From NCBI GenBank assembly GCA_951406725.2, contig OX597823.1:97650001-97714000 (forward strand): a DNA stretch of 64,000 bases, written 5' to 3'. The first letter of the stretch is position 1. The number at the start of each line of letters is the position of its first letter. Source of the DNA: Octopus vulgaris. Lineage: Eukaryota. Positions 23,560 to 37,624 of this stretch are shown in pieces. The notes under the pieces are model-generated. The model was given only the letters and a program-made list of their open reading frames with translations. It was not told the origin of the DNA and ran no database searches. The position numbers and the translations under genes were made by a program.

Positions 23560-25300
23560 ATGCTCAAGAATATATACGCAAGACGGAGATATAGATTAAA
23601 CTGGATGCAGCAAATCTCGTATTTTCCGAGAGGTCGACACTTATCTATTGCTTATAACCCATCCTCTCTTTCTGCCATGATCTCAATGCCTTTACTCTTA
23701 TTGGACAATGAGGTAGTGTACCATTGTCCTAAACATTTTACAGGTTTCTTTTAAACCTTTGACATGGTTTCACCTGCTATTTTGAACTTCTTCTGATGAC
23801 CTTTGACAACTGACAGACTGCATTACTTATTAGCTTTAAACCACACTCTTGACCAAGTAATTAGTCCATCCAGTCTATCCAGGACGATTTGTATATCATT
23901 TTACTCTCTTGTTATTATTGTTATATCATTAATTAATGCCTTCTCATGTGATTTCATTCAAGCCATTTCTTCTGATCAATCTGCTGATCTAAGTAGCTGC
24001 TCCATAACAAGCTCAAATGACCGATATTGTGCAACCTACAGGTACTTCAATTTCAAGACAATCCCACTCTGTTGTGAAATGTTTTGCCATGAACTGCATT
24101 TTGAAATTGTTATAGCAGCTCTTCATCAGATAATCTTTTCCAGTATATAAAAGAAGGCCATTGCTTTCATCAACAACTGATTGGAGCTATCTACTGAGTG
24201 GTACAGAACCATAAGCATTAGCCAGATCAAACCATACAACATTCAACTCCTTTTTACTCTCCTGTCTGTCTTGTGTGCATCCCAGATTGAAAATGCTTGT
24301 TCCACACATCCATGAATTCCGGAGATGTCAGCCTTCTGGACATTTTCCGTCCTATAGACATGATTTTGTAGATATGTAGCTGATCCCTTTAGGAAGTAAA
24401 TCCATGTAAATCTTGTCATCTACAGTCAGGATTGAAACTGGTCTGAATTGACCAATAAATTTTACTTTAGCTTCTTTTGTTAATTAAACTCTTCTGCCTT
24501 GCACCAGGCATCAACAGTTCATTTTTATGCTATAACACTCTAACTGGAAGGTAAAGCTTATAACATGATTGTGTACAATACTTGTACACTTTGTCTTTAC
24601 ATGGTATACAAACACCTTCTGGGGCGCTCTTTCCTCTTGTTGAAATCAAGCTGAAATATATGATTGCTGCTTTCGATGGTCATTTCAAACTGTCCACAAG
24701 TAGGAATGGTTGATCTCACTTTGGGTCACTGTAGGTCTCCTGTATATGGCCATGCAGTCCATTTTCAGTATATTTTCCCCTACCATATTTAGTATCTGCA
24801 AATGATTTCCTAGTAACCTCATAAGGGTTCTTAAGGATCTCTTCTCTAATTTGTTTACTCTCGTTTCTTCTGCCAATGTGTCTGATATTTCTTTGCATAA
24901 GTTAGAAAGGGAAGTTAATATTCCTGAAGACCAAACAATCTTTCTAGGGTTTTTGGTACAATAAAATGTACCCAGGACCCTGTAGAATGTGGTTGGTGTT
25001 TGGAAAGACCATGGAAAAGTCGGAATGTTGTAGTGAGATGTGTTCCTCAACCAATGATGGTGGGTAGTAATTCTGAATAAGAACTGACTTGAATAGTGGC
25101 CATCCATCCATCCAATTGATAGGAGGATGGAAATCAGATGATAAATGATGAGGACGATGTCATTTATTGTATTGTATCTTGCAGCAAATATTTATCCTGA
25201 AGAGAGTGAGACAATGGTTGTCCCAGCAGGAAACCAAAGTCTTCTTCTTGGACAAAGACAGTGGTTAGTGCAGGTAATGCTAGATTTACTTTCAGTGAAA
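23560..25300 (-). mobile_element. Degenerate R2/HERO-like non-LTR retrotransposon RT fragment
   Basis: Minus-strand peptides KNPYEVTRKSF...HIQETYSDPK, FRPVSIL, QKADISGIHGCVEQ..IW and VVWFDLANAYGSVP match the RT of RLE-clade (HERO/NeSL-like) LINEs. Confidence 0.7.
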
Positions 25301-25432
25301 AAAGATATTACGTTCACACTTGAAACAAATTTCATTGTAACTCTGTGAGATTATGAGAGACATCTGCCTAAACAACAACAATAACAGGACACCGCATGCT
25401 TCAGAACATTCCCTACTTCTTGAAACATATCG

Positions 25433-26045
25433 AAACGATGTTATCTGCTTCATATTGACATCGATTGGAAAAAGGGAAAACAACCTATACTATTATGTTG
25501 TGTTGTCTAGGAAGGAAACGATTCAATGTATCCATGAGAGACGGGCAAGTTCTTAACCCATTTAATTGGGTATAAAAATGTTTATAATTATGGCCATCGT
25601 TTTCAAAGGGGGATTATATTTATACACTTGTCATGGTAAGAGTTGTTTGTCTTGTCTGAAAGGGAGGTAACTTGAAAAGAAGTCTTTGTATTTTCACAAA
25701 TCTTAGATGTTAGTGTTACTTCCCTTACAAAGGGATTTATATTTTTGAATTTTTAAGTGATATTTTTGCCTTGGAATATCTGAAATGTGGCTGGAATAAC
25801 GTATGGACACAAGGGTATGGGGGTGAAGCCGAATCAGATGGTATTAGAACTTGGAACCTAAAGTCTAACAAAATATAAAATTATCTCATGTATCTTTCTT
25901 TAATACATGCACACGTGTTTGTGGATATATCTATATGACTGCATGTGTGTATGTAGTGTATTGTTTTCGTTAAGGTTGGTGTATGCGTGTACGTGTTTGT
26001 GTTGGGCATTTGTACGTGTGCGCGTGTGTGTATTGCGTGTGTATC

Positions 26046-26077
<32 letters not shown>

Positions 26078-28943
26078 TGTATGTATGTATGTATGTATGT
26101 ATGTATGTACTCTTTCACCACAACTTTCTCTCACTCTTACTTCCTGTTTCTGTTGTACCTATATTTCAAAAGGGCCGGCCTTGTCGCTCTCTATGTCACG
26201 CTGAATATCCCCGAGAACTACGTTAAGGGTACACGTGTCTGTGGAGTGCTCAGCCACTTACACGTTAATTTCACGAGCAGGCTGTTCCGTTGATCGGATC
26301 AACCGGAACCCTCGTCGTCGTAACCGACGGAGTGCTTCCATGTATGTATGTATGTATGTATGTATGTATGTATGTATGTATGTATGTATGTATGTATGTA
26401 TGCATGCATGCATGCATGCATGCATGTATGTGTCTTAGCGTGAGGTTTAGTGTTAGGGCTATAGGGTTCGTCGTCTCTTCGTCTTCTTTCTTGTACACGA
26501 TTACTTCGACATAGGGTCACTTTGCTCGTCTTATATCTGTTACTCGTCGTTCACCTTGTCGCCTCCATCTCTGTACTTGTTCCTTTCGTGAAGTAGAAGA
26601 TATCTTGTTATAGATCACGTCCCCTGTTAACAAATATTCAACCATGCCCCATTCCATACTACAATAGGAGAAATGTAAGCAAGGAAGGCAACATGTAGCT
26701 CTTCTACTGTTAACCAAGGATATAGTAATTTCCTGTTACACATATTCGTGAAGATATGTTTACATCATGAAAAGGACTAGTGGTTACATGATAATATCCG
26801 TTGCCGCATAAGGAGAAGATATTGCTGATACCTCCTGTTATTTATGTGTGGTTGAAATGTTTTTACGACCTTGTTTGTGAGATTCAGAAGTAACGAAATG
26901 GTGGTTAAAGAAGTAGGAAACAGAACTGTTTCTACTGTCTGTCAGTGCACTCGATACCGTAATGTTCGCGAATTCGAGAATTCTCCTTCCCCTAGCAGTT
27001 ACAATTTTATTCGTTGATCATTTTTTGCTTCTAACTCTTGCCTTGCTTTGTAGACATCACTGCCCATCGGAATGCCTGGCGACAGGCAGCTCCAACGAAA
27101 GTCTAATCCGAGAAGGTCCGCCGCCCCGTCATCTCCGCAGCTGGAACAAGCGAGGAGTGGGCTTTGTTTGAGCTGAGATGTTCAGACTATACACAAGCTA
27201 GTGGACGAATGCTGCAACGGGACACTCAAAAAAGATTTCACATGGACGTTCGGTGCGTTGGCCTCTAGTGATGAGCAAACTGTCCTCACTGACATTACAT
27301 CCATGTTTGTCTGCGAAGAAAATGTGATGGTCGTTCGTGTGCAGGAAGGTCAAATGCGCCTGGATCGGGACGAACCTGTTAGAATATTGGCTGTATGTCA
27401 TCGATGGCAGTGTGCAACCCCAAAGTGGAATGCCTCTTGGACATCATAGTTCGCGATGTTCTTAGGAAGGACAAATGCGCCTGGATCGGGACGAACCTGT
27501 TAGAATATTGGCTGCATGTCGTCGATGGCAGTGTGCAACCCCAAAGTGGAATGCCTCTTGGACATCATAGTTCGCGATGTTCTTCTAAGTGCGTCGGAGG
27601 ACGAGGAGATACGCCTTGACACCATGGGTGACTCCAAGTTAGACATGACATTGGAAGGAGCTCCAAAGTACGTCGATCAAAAGAAAGTGGACAACGCTCA
27701 GCCAGCTGTCTTATGGGCCCCAGAACTACCCAATCACTGCGGATTCTAGTTCATATAAGAACTAGGAGCTGCAACGCTCGGTCAATAAATCTGACAAACT
27801 CCGTGATACACTCACCGCAAACCCCTGCAGTCACTGCAGAAAACATGATAACAGACGTCATGTACAGGAACGCATGCGGAAATGCTCCGCCTACAACCAC
27901 AAATAAGCTAGGTGTGTCATCCTGTATAATTATGAGAGTGTCTTCCGCCGATAACTCCGTTTCAACGGCAGGTTCAAATCATTGCAGCCGACACAGAAGA
28001 CCACACTTCTGCAATATTCAACAGCCTATGGCTTCTGGTCGACCTCCCTAACGAATCCTCTACCCAAGCATTAATTCGTGACCACTATGTATATAATGAA
28101 CCGTGCGATTCCTGGGGAAAAGGTTCTTCCGCCCCCATTCTTTCTGCCTTCACTGCCTTCGTTTAAGACTACACACTTGCCAGGAAGGCATCAGGTTTTG
28201 CATATCAGGGACTACTCCATCATCTGCGAAGTGCACGACCCATCTATTTGCTTACATCATTCCTACGATTGACAAAGTTTTTCTTTCCAAGGAAGTGTGT
28301 TCCACCCTCATGTTTTTCCTCCCCACTTCTCCAGAATTGAGGAAAGGTGTGTGAATGTAGTCATCCCGATGGAATCATCTCGAACCGATGTTATCTACTT
28401 CGTATTGACATCGATTGGAGAAAGGGAAAACAACCTATACTATTAAGTTCCGTTGTGTAGAAAGGAAACGATTCAATGTATCCATCAGAGAAGGCTAGAT
28501 TCTTAACCCATTTAATACCCATTTAATCCTTGCGGTGGAGTACGGCTCCACAAAAATTGGGTATAGAGTAGTATATAATTACGTCCATTGTTTTCAAAGG
28601 GAGATTATATTTAAACAATTGCCAGGCAAGAGTTGCGTTTCTTGTTGCATAAGGGAGGCAATTTGAAGTGTTTGCTGCTTTCCCTAATGCAAGTTGTTAG
28701 AGTTCCTTCCTTTACAATGGGATTTATATTTTTGAATTTTTAAGTGAGACTTTTTGCCTTGAAATATTGTAAATGTGTCTTAAATTTGGCAGGCATAATG
28801 TATGGACCGAAGGGTATGGAAGTGAAGTCGACTCAGAAGGAAATTAAACTCGGAATATATAGTCTGACCAAATACAACTAACTCATATATCTTTCTTTAA
28901 ACACACACAAACACTTATGTGTGTGAATCTCTCTATCTCTCTC

Positions 28944-28999
<56 letters not shown>

Positions 29000-30295
29000 T
29001 GTATGTATGTATGTATGTATGTATGTATGTATGTATGTATGTATGTATGTATGTATGTTTGTAAGTATGTATTTATCCCGCATGTGTGTGTATGTGTAGT
29101 GTTTGCATGAAGGTGTGTGTATGCGTGTACGTCTGTATGTTGGGCGTCTGTATCTATGTGTTTGTATGTGTGTTTGGTTTAGGGTTAGGGCTATAGAGTT
29201 AGTTCTCTCTTTGTCTTCTTTCTGTTTCGTACACGTTTACTTCGACATAGGTCCACCTTGTTTGTCTTTTATCTGCTACTCGTTACTCACCTTGTCGCCT
29301 CCATCTCTGTACTTTCCTAATAAGTCTTTTTCGTTTCGTGAAGTAGAAGACATCTTATTATATTGGTAACAAATATTCAATCATGCTCCATTCCCAACTA
29401 CAATAGGAGAAATCTAAGCAAGGAAGGCAACATGTAGTTATTCTACTGTGAACTACAGGATATAGCGGTTTCCTGTTACACATATTACTGAAGATATGTT
29501 TACATCATGAATATGACTATTGGTTACATGATAATATCCAATGTCGCATAAGGAGAAGATATTGCTGATATCTCCTTTTATTTATGTGTGGTTCAAATGT
29601 TGTTTTCGACCTCGTTTTTGAGATTCTGAAGTAAAGAAATGGTGATTAAAGAAACAGAACTGTGTCTACTGTATGTCAGTGTATACTGTAATGTTCGAGA
29701 ATTCGAGAATCCTCCTTCCACTAGCAATTACAATTTTATTCGTTGATCCTTTTTTGTCTCTAGCCCCTGCTTTGCTTTATAGACGTCACTGCCCATCAGA
29801 ATGCCTGGCAACAGGCCGTTCCAATGAAAGTCTAATCCAAGAAGGTCCGCTGCCCCGTCATCTCTGCAGCTGGAACAAGCGAGGAGTGGGCTTTGTTTGA
29901 GCTGAGATGTTCAGACTACACACAAGCTAGTGGACTTAGGTGTAACGAAGTAGTCTTTCAGCTTAACGAATTCTGCAACGAAACTCTCATAAAAGATTTC
30001 ACATAGACGTTCGGCGCGTTGGCCTCCAGCGATGAGCGAGCTGTCCTCACTCACATTAAGTCCATGGTTCTCCGCCAAGAAAATGTGATTGTCGTTTCTG
30101 TGCAGGTACGGCATATGTGCCTGGATCGGGACGAACCAGTTAGGATATTGGCTGCGTGTCGTAGATTACAGTGAGGTGTCTGCAAATTCAAAGTGGAATG
30201 CCTTTGGGACGTCATAGTTCGCGATGCTCTTGTAGGTGGGTTGGAGGACTAGGAGATACGCCTTGACACAATGGGTGACTCCAAGTAATACACGA
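25433..30295. repeat. Diverged tandem segmental duplication, period ~2.95 kb
   Basis: 25433-27650 aligns co-linearly with 28387-30290 (for example GATGTTATCT.CTTC.TATTGACATCGATTGGA and GCTGGAACAAGCGAGGAGTGGGCTTTGTTTGAGCTGAGATG). Confidence 0.88.
26108..26340 (+). mobile_element. SINE 3' module inserted in (TATG)n of duplication unit 1 only
   Basis: Absent from unit 2. Related to inverted copies at ~15660-15800 and ~44990-45150. Confidence 0.6.
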
Positions 30296-30304
30296 CCCTG
30301 GAAG

Positions 30305-30503
30305 AAGGCACTTGTGCAACACGACACGCAGTGGGACTGAACCCGGAACCATGTGGTTGGTAAGCAAGCTACTTACCACACAGCCACTCCTGCACTTATA
30401 CACATATATACGACGGGCTACTTTCAGTTTCCGACTCCCAAATCTAAGTCTTTGGTCGGCCCAAGGCTATAGTAGAAGACACTTGCCAAAGGTGCCACGT
30501 AGT
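30305..30503 (-). mobile_element. Two SINE family A fragments
   Basis: Reverse complement of the family A head and body. Confidence 0.75.
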
Positions 30504-30504
30504 G

Positions 30505-31034
30505 TGTTTAGGTGCTTTGAAACTTTTGTACGCCGTCTCATGGGAATTTTCCTCTCTCTGGGGATTTTGTTCTTGTGTACAGTGGCCTTTTTCTCTGGGA
30601 CAATTACGGACATGGATTGTTGGAGTCTCATATTGATGTCTGGTGGGGAGGGACATTTAGGCCAGTTTTGTTTGAGGATCTCTTTCTCAATTTGTTTTTA
30701 GTTTGCCTTGTAGAGGTTCAAGCTGGAAGGATTCTGAGAGTTTCTTGTAGACTGCATGTCTATGCTTTCCTTTGGCCCGTGCATGGTCAGCTCTGCCATG
30801 TTGTGGTCCGAGAGTGGCGTCGGTGTCGCTTTCACATTATGGATGGGGTCCGTATTGTTTGTGAGGCGGGGATCCAGTGTGCTACCTGCCCTGGTTGGTT
30901 GGAGTATTATTTGCTCCATGTACGGAGTGTTTATGGGGTTCAGCGGGGACCTCGCCTGTCCTCGTTCGCATCGTGTCATTCCTGGGAGAGAAAGGCCCTC
31001 GGGCCATCTGACGTTGGGCAGATTGAAGTCTCCC

Positions 31035-31036
<2 letters not shown>
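30505..31036 (-). mobile_element. LINE (CR1/Jockey-group) AP-endonuclease C-terminal fragment
   Basis: [10 protein letters not shown] ... [16 protein letters not shown] ... LSDHN ... LNLYKAN. Confidence 0.8.
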
Positions 31037-31092
<56 letters not shown>

Positions 31093-33370
31093 GTATATGT
31101 ATGTATATATGTGTATATGTATATATGTATGTATATATATATATATATGTGTATATATGTATATATATATGTATGCATGTATGTATGTATGTATATATAT
31201 ATATATATATATGTTTATATATATATGTTTGTATATATATACAAATATATATATGTTTTTATATATATGTTTGTATATATATATGTTTGTATATGTATTT
31301 GTATGTATATGTTTGTATATATAAGTTTGTATATATATTTGTATATACATGTTTGTATATGTATTTTCGTATGTATATTTGTATATATATGTTTGTATAT
31401 ATATGAGTGTATATATATTTTTGTATATATATGTTTGTATATATGTTTGTATATATATGTTTGTATATATATATATGTTTGTATATGTTTGTAAATATAT
31501 TTGTATATATATGTTTGTATTTATATTTGTATATATGTTTGTATATATATTTATATATATATATGTTTGTATGTGTATTTGTATATATATGTTTGTGTAT
31601 ATATTTGTATATATATGTTTGTATATATATTTGTATACATATGTTTGTATATATATATTTGCATATATATGCTTGTATATATATGTTTTTATATATAACT
31701 GCATATATGTGTTTGTATGTATATATTTGTATATATATTTGTATATATATTTGTATATATATGTTTGTATATGTATTTGTATGTATATGTTTGTATATAT
31801 ATTTGTATATATGTATTTGTATATATGTTTGTATATATAGTTGTATATATATGTTTGTATATATATGTTTGTATATGTTTGTGTATATATTTGTATATAT
31901 GTGTTTGTATATATATTTGTATATATATATGTTTGTATATATACTTGTATATGTATTTGCATATATATGTTTGTATATATATTTGTATATATATGTTTGT
32001 ATATGTATGTTTGTATATATATTAGTATATATGTATGTTTGTATATATATTTGTATATATATATGTTTGTATACATATGTTTGTAAATATATGTTTGTAT
32101 ATGTATGTTTGTATATATATATATATATGTTTGTATATATATGTTTGTATATATATATGTGTATATATTTGTATATATATGTTTGTATATATATTTGCAT
32201 ATATATGTTTGTATATATATTTGTATATATGTGTTTGTATATATGTTTGTATATATATTTGTATATCTATGTTTGTATGTATGTTTGTATATATATTTGT
32301 ATATATATGTTTGTATATATATTTGTATGTATTTGTTTGTATATATATGTTTGTATATATATTTGTATGTATATGTTTGTATATATATGTTTGTATATGT
32401 ATGTTTGTAGGAGTAGCTGTGTGGTAAGTAGCTTGCTAACCAGCCACATGGTTCCGGGTTCAGTCCCACTGCGTGGCATCTTGGGCAAGTGTCTTCTGCT
32501 ATAGCCCCGGGCCGACCAATGCCTTGTGAGTGGATTTGGTAGATGGAAACTGAAAGAAGCCTGTCGTATATATGTATATATGTATATGTATGTGTGTGTA
32601 TGTGTTTGTCTCCCTAGCATTACTTGACAACCGATGCTGTTGTGTTTACGTCCCCGTCACTTAGCGGTTCGGCAAAAGAGACCGATAGAATAAGTACTGG
32701 GCTTACAAAGAATAAGTCCTGGGGTCGATTTGCTCGACTAAAAGGTGGTGCTCCAGCATGGCCGCAGTCAAATGACTGAAACAAGTAAAAGAGTAAAGAG
32801 AGAGTATATATATATGTTTGTATATATATTTGTTTATGTATTTGTATATATATGTTTGTATATATATTTGTATATGTATTTGTATATATATGTTTGTATA
32901 TATATTTCTATATATATATTTTTATATGTATGTTTGTATATATATTTGTATATATGTATGTTTGTATTTATATTTGTATATCTATATGTTTGTATACATA
33001 TGTTTGTATATATATGTTTGTATATGTATGTTTGTATATATATATATGTTTGTATATATATTTGTGTATATATTTGTATATACATATATGTTTGTATATA
33101 TATTTGCATATATATGTTTGTATATATATTTGTATATCTATGTTTGTATGTATGTTTGTATATATATTTGTATGTATATGTTCGTATATATATATGTTTG
33201 TATATATATTTGTATATGTATGTTTGTATATATATGTTTGTATATATATGTTTGTATATATATTTATATATATATATGTTTGTATATATATATTCGTATA
33301 TGTATTTCTATATATATGTTTGTATATGTATTTTGTATATACATGTTTGTATATATGTTTGTAAATATAT
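31037..33370. repeat. ~2.3-kb degenerate (TA)n-TGTTTG/TTTG satellite, interrupted by a SINE
   Basis: Direct reading. It is the source of many spurious Y/I/T/K ORFs. Confidence 0.95.
32406..32803 (+). mobile_element. SINE family A, full length
   Basis: Matches 17315-17710 and 55433-55817. Confidence 0.88.
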
Positions 33371-33877
33371 TTGCCGTTTTGCACAGCAAAGACCCTGTCA
33401 CTTAAATATGAAACTGGGCGGAAACCAACTGCCAAAAGGAAACGGAAAGGAATACGCACCACCTGCCCCAAAATGGAGGTACGCAGATGTAGTGCGTGTT
33501 ACAAACCATCAACATGTTATTGAAAGGGCAGCTGCTGAACAAGAATTTTTTTTGTGCATGGCACAAAAGATTGTACAGCAGCTAACCTGGCTCCATCAAA
33601 CTCAAGCTCACAGATGGGACTATCCACAATACACAAAGAACAAGGAAACACAGTAAAGAACAAGGGAACACATTTAATAATTTGCAAGTATATCTCTTTA
33701 ATGAACAAAGCAAGGTGTTGGTAGTAATTTTCACGTCCCATGCAGTCTAAAATAAAGCTTACAAGAATTATCGAACTTACCTAGCTTAGTTGTGGTTTTA
33801 TTGTCATGGAAAACAGGAAAAATAAATCTTTCACGAATGTACATGCGCAAACACTCTCTAGCAAACACACGCTCTCC

Positions 33878-33880
33878 CTC

Positions 33881-33971
<91 letters not shown>

Positions 33972-33973
33972 CA

Positions 33974-34072
<99 letters not shown>

Positions 34073-34088
34073 CGCACGCACACACACA
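33878..34088. repeat. (CT)n-(CA)n microsatellite
   Basis: Direct reading. Confidence 0.95.
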
Positions 34089-35631
34089 TCGTTCATTTTA
34101 AGGAAAAAAAAAAGATAATTTTGTTTTTATAAACAAGGATAATTTCTTTTCTGAACATGAAGCTTTAGATTTAGATAGAAAAAAGTGGTGGAAGAAGAAT
34201 TGGGATACTTTGGTGATATTCATGTCTTTCCCAAGACCATGACTTGGGAAACGGTTCCAACAATGATTCGAAACTGGTTCAGTTATTCCATCAATTCGCC
34301 ACATAATCGTTGCTAGGCGGGTCACATGCATAACAATAAGGATTTCTAACTTAGGCACAATGCTCACGAATAGTTGAGACAGGAAGAGGAATAGAGACGA
34401 TCGCATCAAGCTTCCATTTTTCTTCTCCTCTTTCAGGGCGGTGGAATTTGAATTCTCAGAACGTTAACCTTGTAACTGATTACCTACGCTCTAACGCTTC
34501 TGCAAGAACATTACATAATCACAACTATAGTGACCTTTCAATTTAGCAATTAGCTCACACTGTATTAAAGATAATTAGCGGGGATAAAAACTGATAAACT
34601 GGTATTTTTGACATAATATTTTGTCACGCTATAATGGTGCCAGAAATACAAAATTAACAAACTAAAGATAAATGTATATAACAGTTCTTGTTGACAATAT
34701 TAGTTACTTGTTTAATTAACAGTAAAATGAGCTCATTTTCAATTAAGTGCAATTAGAAATTTTTTTTTTATATATTACAGTGAGCAATGCAAATGTTTCA
34801 TTGTCCAAACAAGCAAATTTTCGAATAAGGACAAGGGACACGCGCCAAAAGAGCCATTGCACCTTACGAGGCTCATTCTATTGTACGAGCATCTCTAGCT
34901 CGATTACACTTAATAGGGGGATAGTTCTGAGCAGTGGCGTAGCTAGTGTGTGGGTCGCTCGGAGCTGCACTTGCATTTGCGACCCAATCCACGTGGACAC
35001 CGAGGTTGTGCAGACTTAAACAGTAGACCCAAAAGTTCCGCCCCATAAAATCGTCGCTTGAGGTGAGCTACCCCTCCCACCACCACAATCTACTCGACTG
35101 GTTCAGGGGGCGCAGAAGGTTGGACGTCTCCATGTTAGAGGTTTCGAAAGAAAACTATCAGAGAGCGGCCGGTAATTAGATATATTGTGATACTTCGAGC
35201 GTTGAAGTCTCGATCTGAAGCCAATTTCACTGACTTTCACTGATTGAACAGCAGTTCACATCCCGTATAAGGGTCTTGCCACCCTTGGAACGAGAAAATT
35301 GTTAAGCCGTCTACCTGTTAACTACTCGCTAAGTTTAACCCTTCTAGCTCCAGTTGCGGTGGAAAACCAGCTGCGTCAAAACCATGTTTGACTTTAAAGG
35401 TAGCTTGGCGTGGGAAGCGGCAAAACTGGTGTCGTCCGCAGACCCAAACTCGCAAACCTAAGTGAAACACCAAACCAAAGACAGTTGGTCTCCAGCTAAA
35501 GAAGTAATTTAGGCCGCCAATGGCAAGAATTTTTAGAACTAATTTTATTTAAGTTAATTCAGTACTTCACTTATGTAACCTATTTGTTGTATTGGAACAC
35601 ATGAACGCACGCACGCACGCACACACACACG

Positions 35632-35676
<45 letters not shown>

Positions 35677-36608
35677 GCGCACACGCACATTTACGAGATC
35701 TGGAAGAAGATACAGCACTTATAGCCATTGCATGTTTTGCTAGACCAGTGAGATTAATGCCATTAAAGTTCCTCTTGAATGTTTGGTAGTCAATACTTAC
35801 GAGAAAATCATAAGTAGGGAGGGTATAGCAGTAGGCCGATGTTTTGGAAGGAAGGACTGGCGGGTTGGGCACAACGAGGCGGAAAAGAGGGGGATAGGCG
35901 AGGAAGGATTCAATGAACTTTAATTACACGAATTTACCGGTCGTTACGACACTTCCTAGCTACTGACCAATACTCGAGCATCAATTATATTTGTAAAAAA
36001 ATCTACGAGTTCTCCGAATCTCAACAGGAGTTAGACAACGTTTTTCCTAGACGGACTGGTTAGTCAGCAGTTTTAGCTAACACAAACAAAATTCGTGTTA
36101 GAAAGTTTTAGAAAATAAAAATGTTTAATACTCCATAAAATTAGAGACACACAAGATAGGAATGTCGTGGAAGGCGTTTATTTAAATGAAGGCTAATATA
36201 CTTGCACTGGCCACGCACACCACCGCCACTTTCCAAAAGAAAAAAGTATTTAATCAATTAAAATTACACCCGTGATGAGGAAGAAAAAAAATTATTACTG
36301 GTACGATATCGATTTTCAGGAACCAAAGGCTTCAAGGCCTTTTCAGATTGCTGATTTTTCCGATCCAGGGAATCTAAATACTAAATTTACCTCAATAATT
36401 AAATGGAATTCTAATATCTGTACATTAGTATAAATGATACAAGTTTATTAATACTGTACTGGCGATCGAGAGAAATTGAAATTCCTGCTCGTAAATAAGT
36501 GCGGATTATAAGAGGTTTTGGACCATCAGTTTCAGGAAAGTCGATGTTGTATCTGCAGTTTTAATACTAAATTCTGGTAAAAAAACAAACAGAAAGGAGA
36601 CAAGTCCG

Positions 36609-36654
<46 letters not shown>

Positions 36655-36842
36655 AGAGTTCAAGAAAAAACAAAAGACGAAGACAGGTGGTGTAGAAAAC
36701 AAACAGAAGTATTAGTATAACGCTCAGGAATTGAAAAAGTCTTTTACGTCTCGAGCCTACGCTCTTCTACAGAAAGGGACACAGAAAAAAACAAGGAGAG
36801 AAAAAAATGTGTGTAGTAGCTACCGATCTATCATCGCGACTG

Positions 36843-36893
<51 letters not shown>

Positions 36894-37135
36894 TGTATGT
36901 ATGTATGTATGTATATACACACACACATAACATTGAATAGGGGGACATTGTTTCGTGAGTTATAGTCATGTTTTCAACACAACATACATATATGCATACG
37001 TGTGTATATGTGTGTGCATATATATGTCTGTATATATGTGCATACATGTATGCATGTCTATATATACATAAATATAATGCATACATACATGCATACATAT
37101 ACATACATATATATATACATATATATATATATACA

Positions 37136-37171
<36 letters not shown>

Positions 37172-37203
37172 TACATACATACACATATATATACATACAT
37201 ACA

Positions 37204-37237
<34 letters not shown>

Positions 37238-37624
37238 GTTGGTCTCCACCCTTTTCATCTTCTTTTTCTTGATTTCTAATATAATTCCTTTACTTGCCGC
37301 AAAAGTGTTGGCTGAAGAGAATAATTATTTCTTATGTAGTCTGAAGGCCATATATTTCAGTGGAGAGTTAAGTTTGATTAAATTGAGGCCAACCAACAGC
37401 AGGCTATTACTTTATTTATCAAGCAATAAAGAAAACAAGACATTATTAAACCTGGTGATTTTTTTTAAAATTCAGAACAACAAGAAAAGCAATAAGTAAA
37501 TACCGTAATTCATTTTGATTCTGTCAAACACCGACTTTAATCAACTCAACTAACATGAAAACAAAATCAAGAGTCATTGGCAAGAAGTGGGATGGGGTTC
37601 AGCAAGTAAAAAGGTGAAATTAAT

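Noticed and set aside
30976-33471. ORFs of 300-500 aa on both strands
   Set aside because: Stop-poor low-complexity satellite with no domain content.
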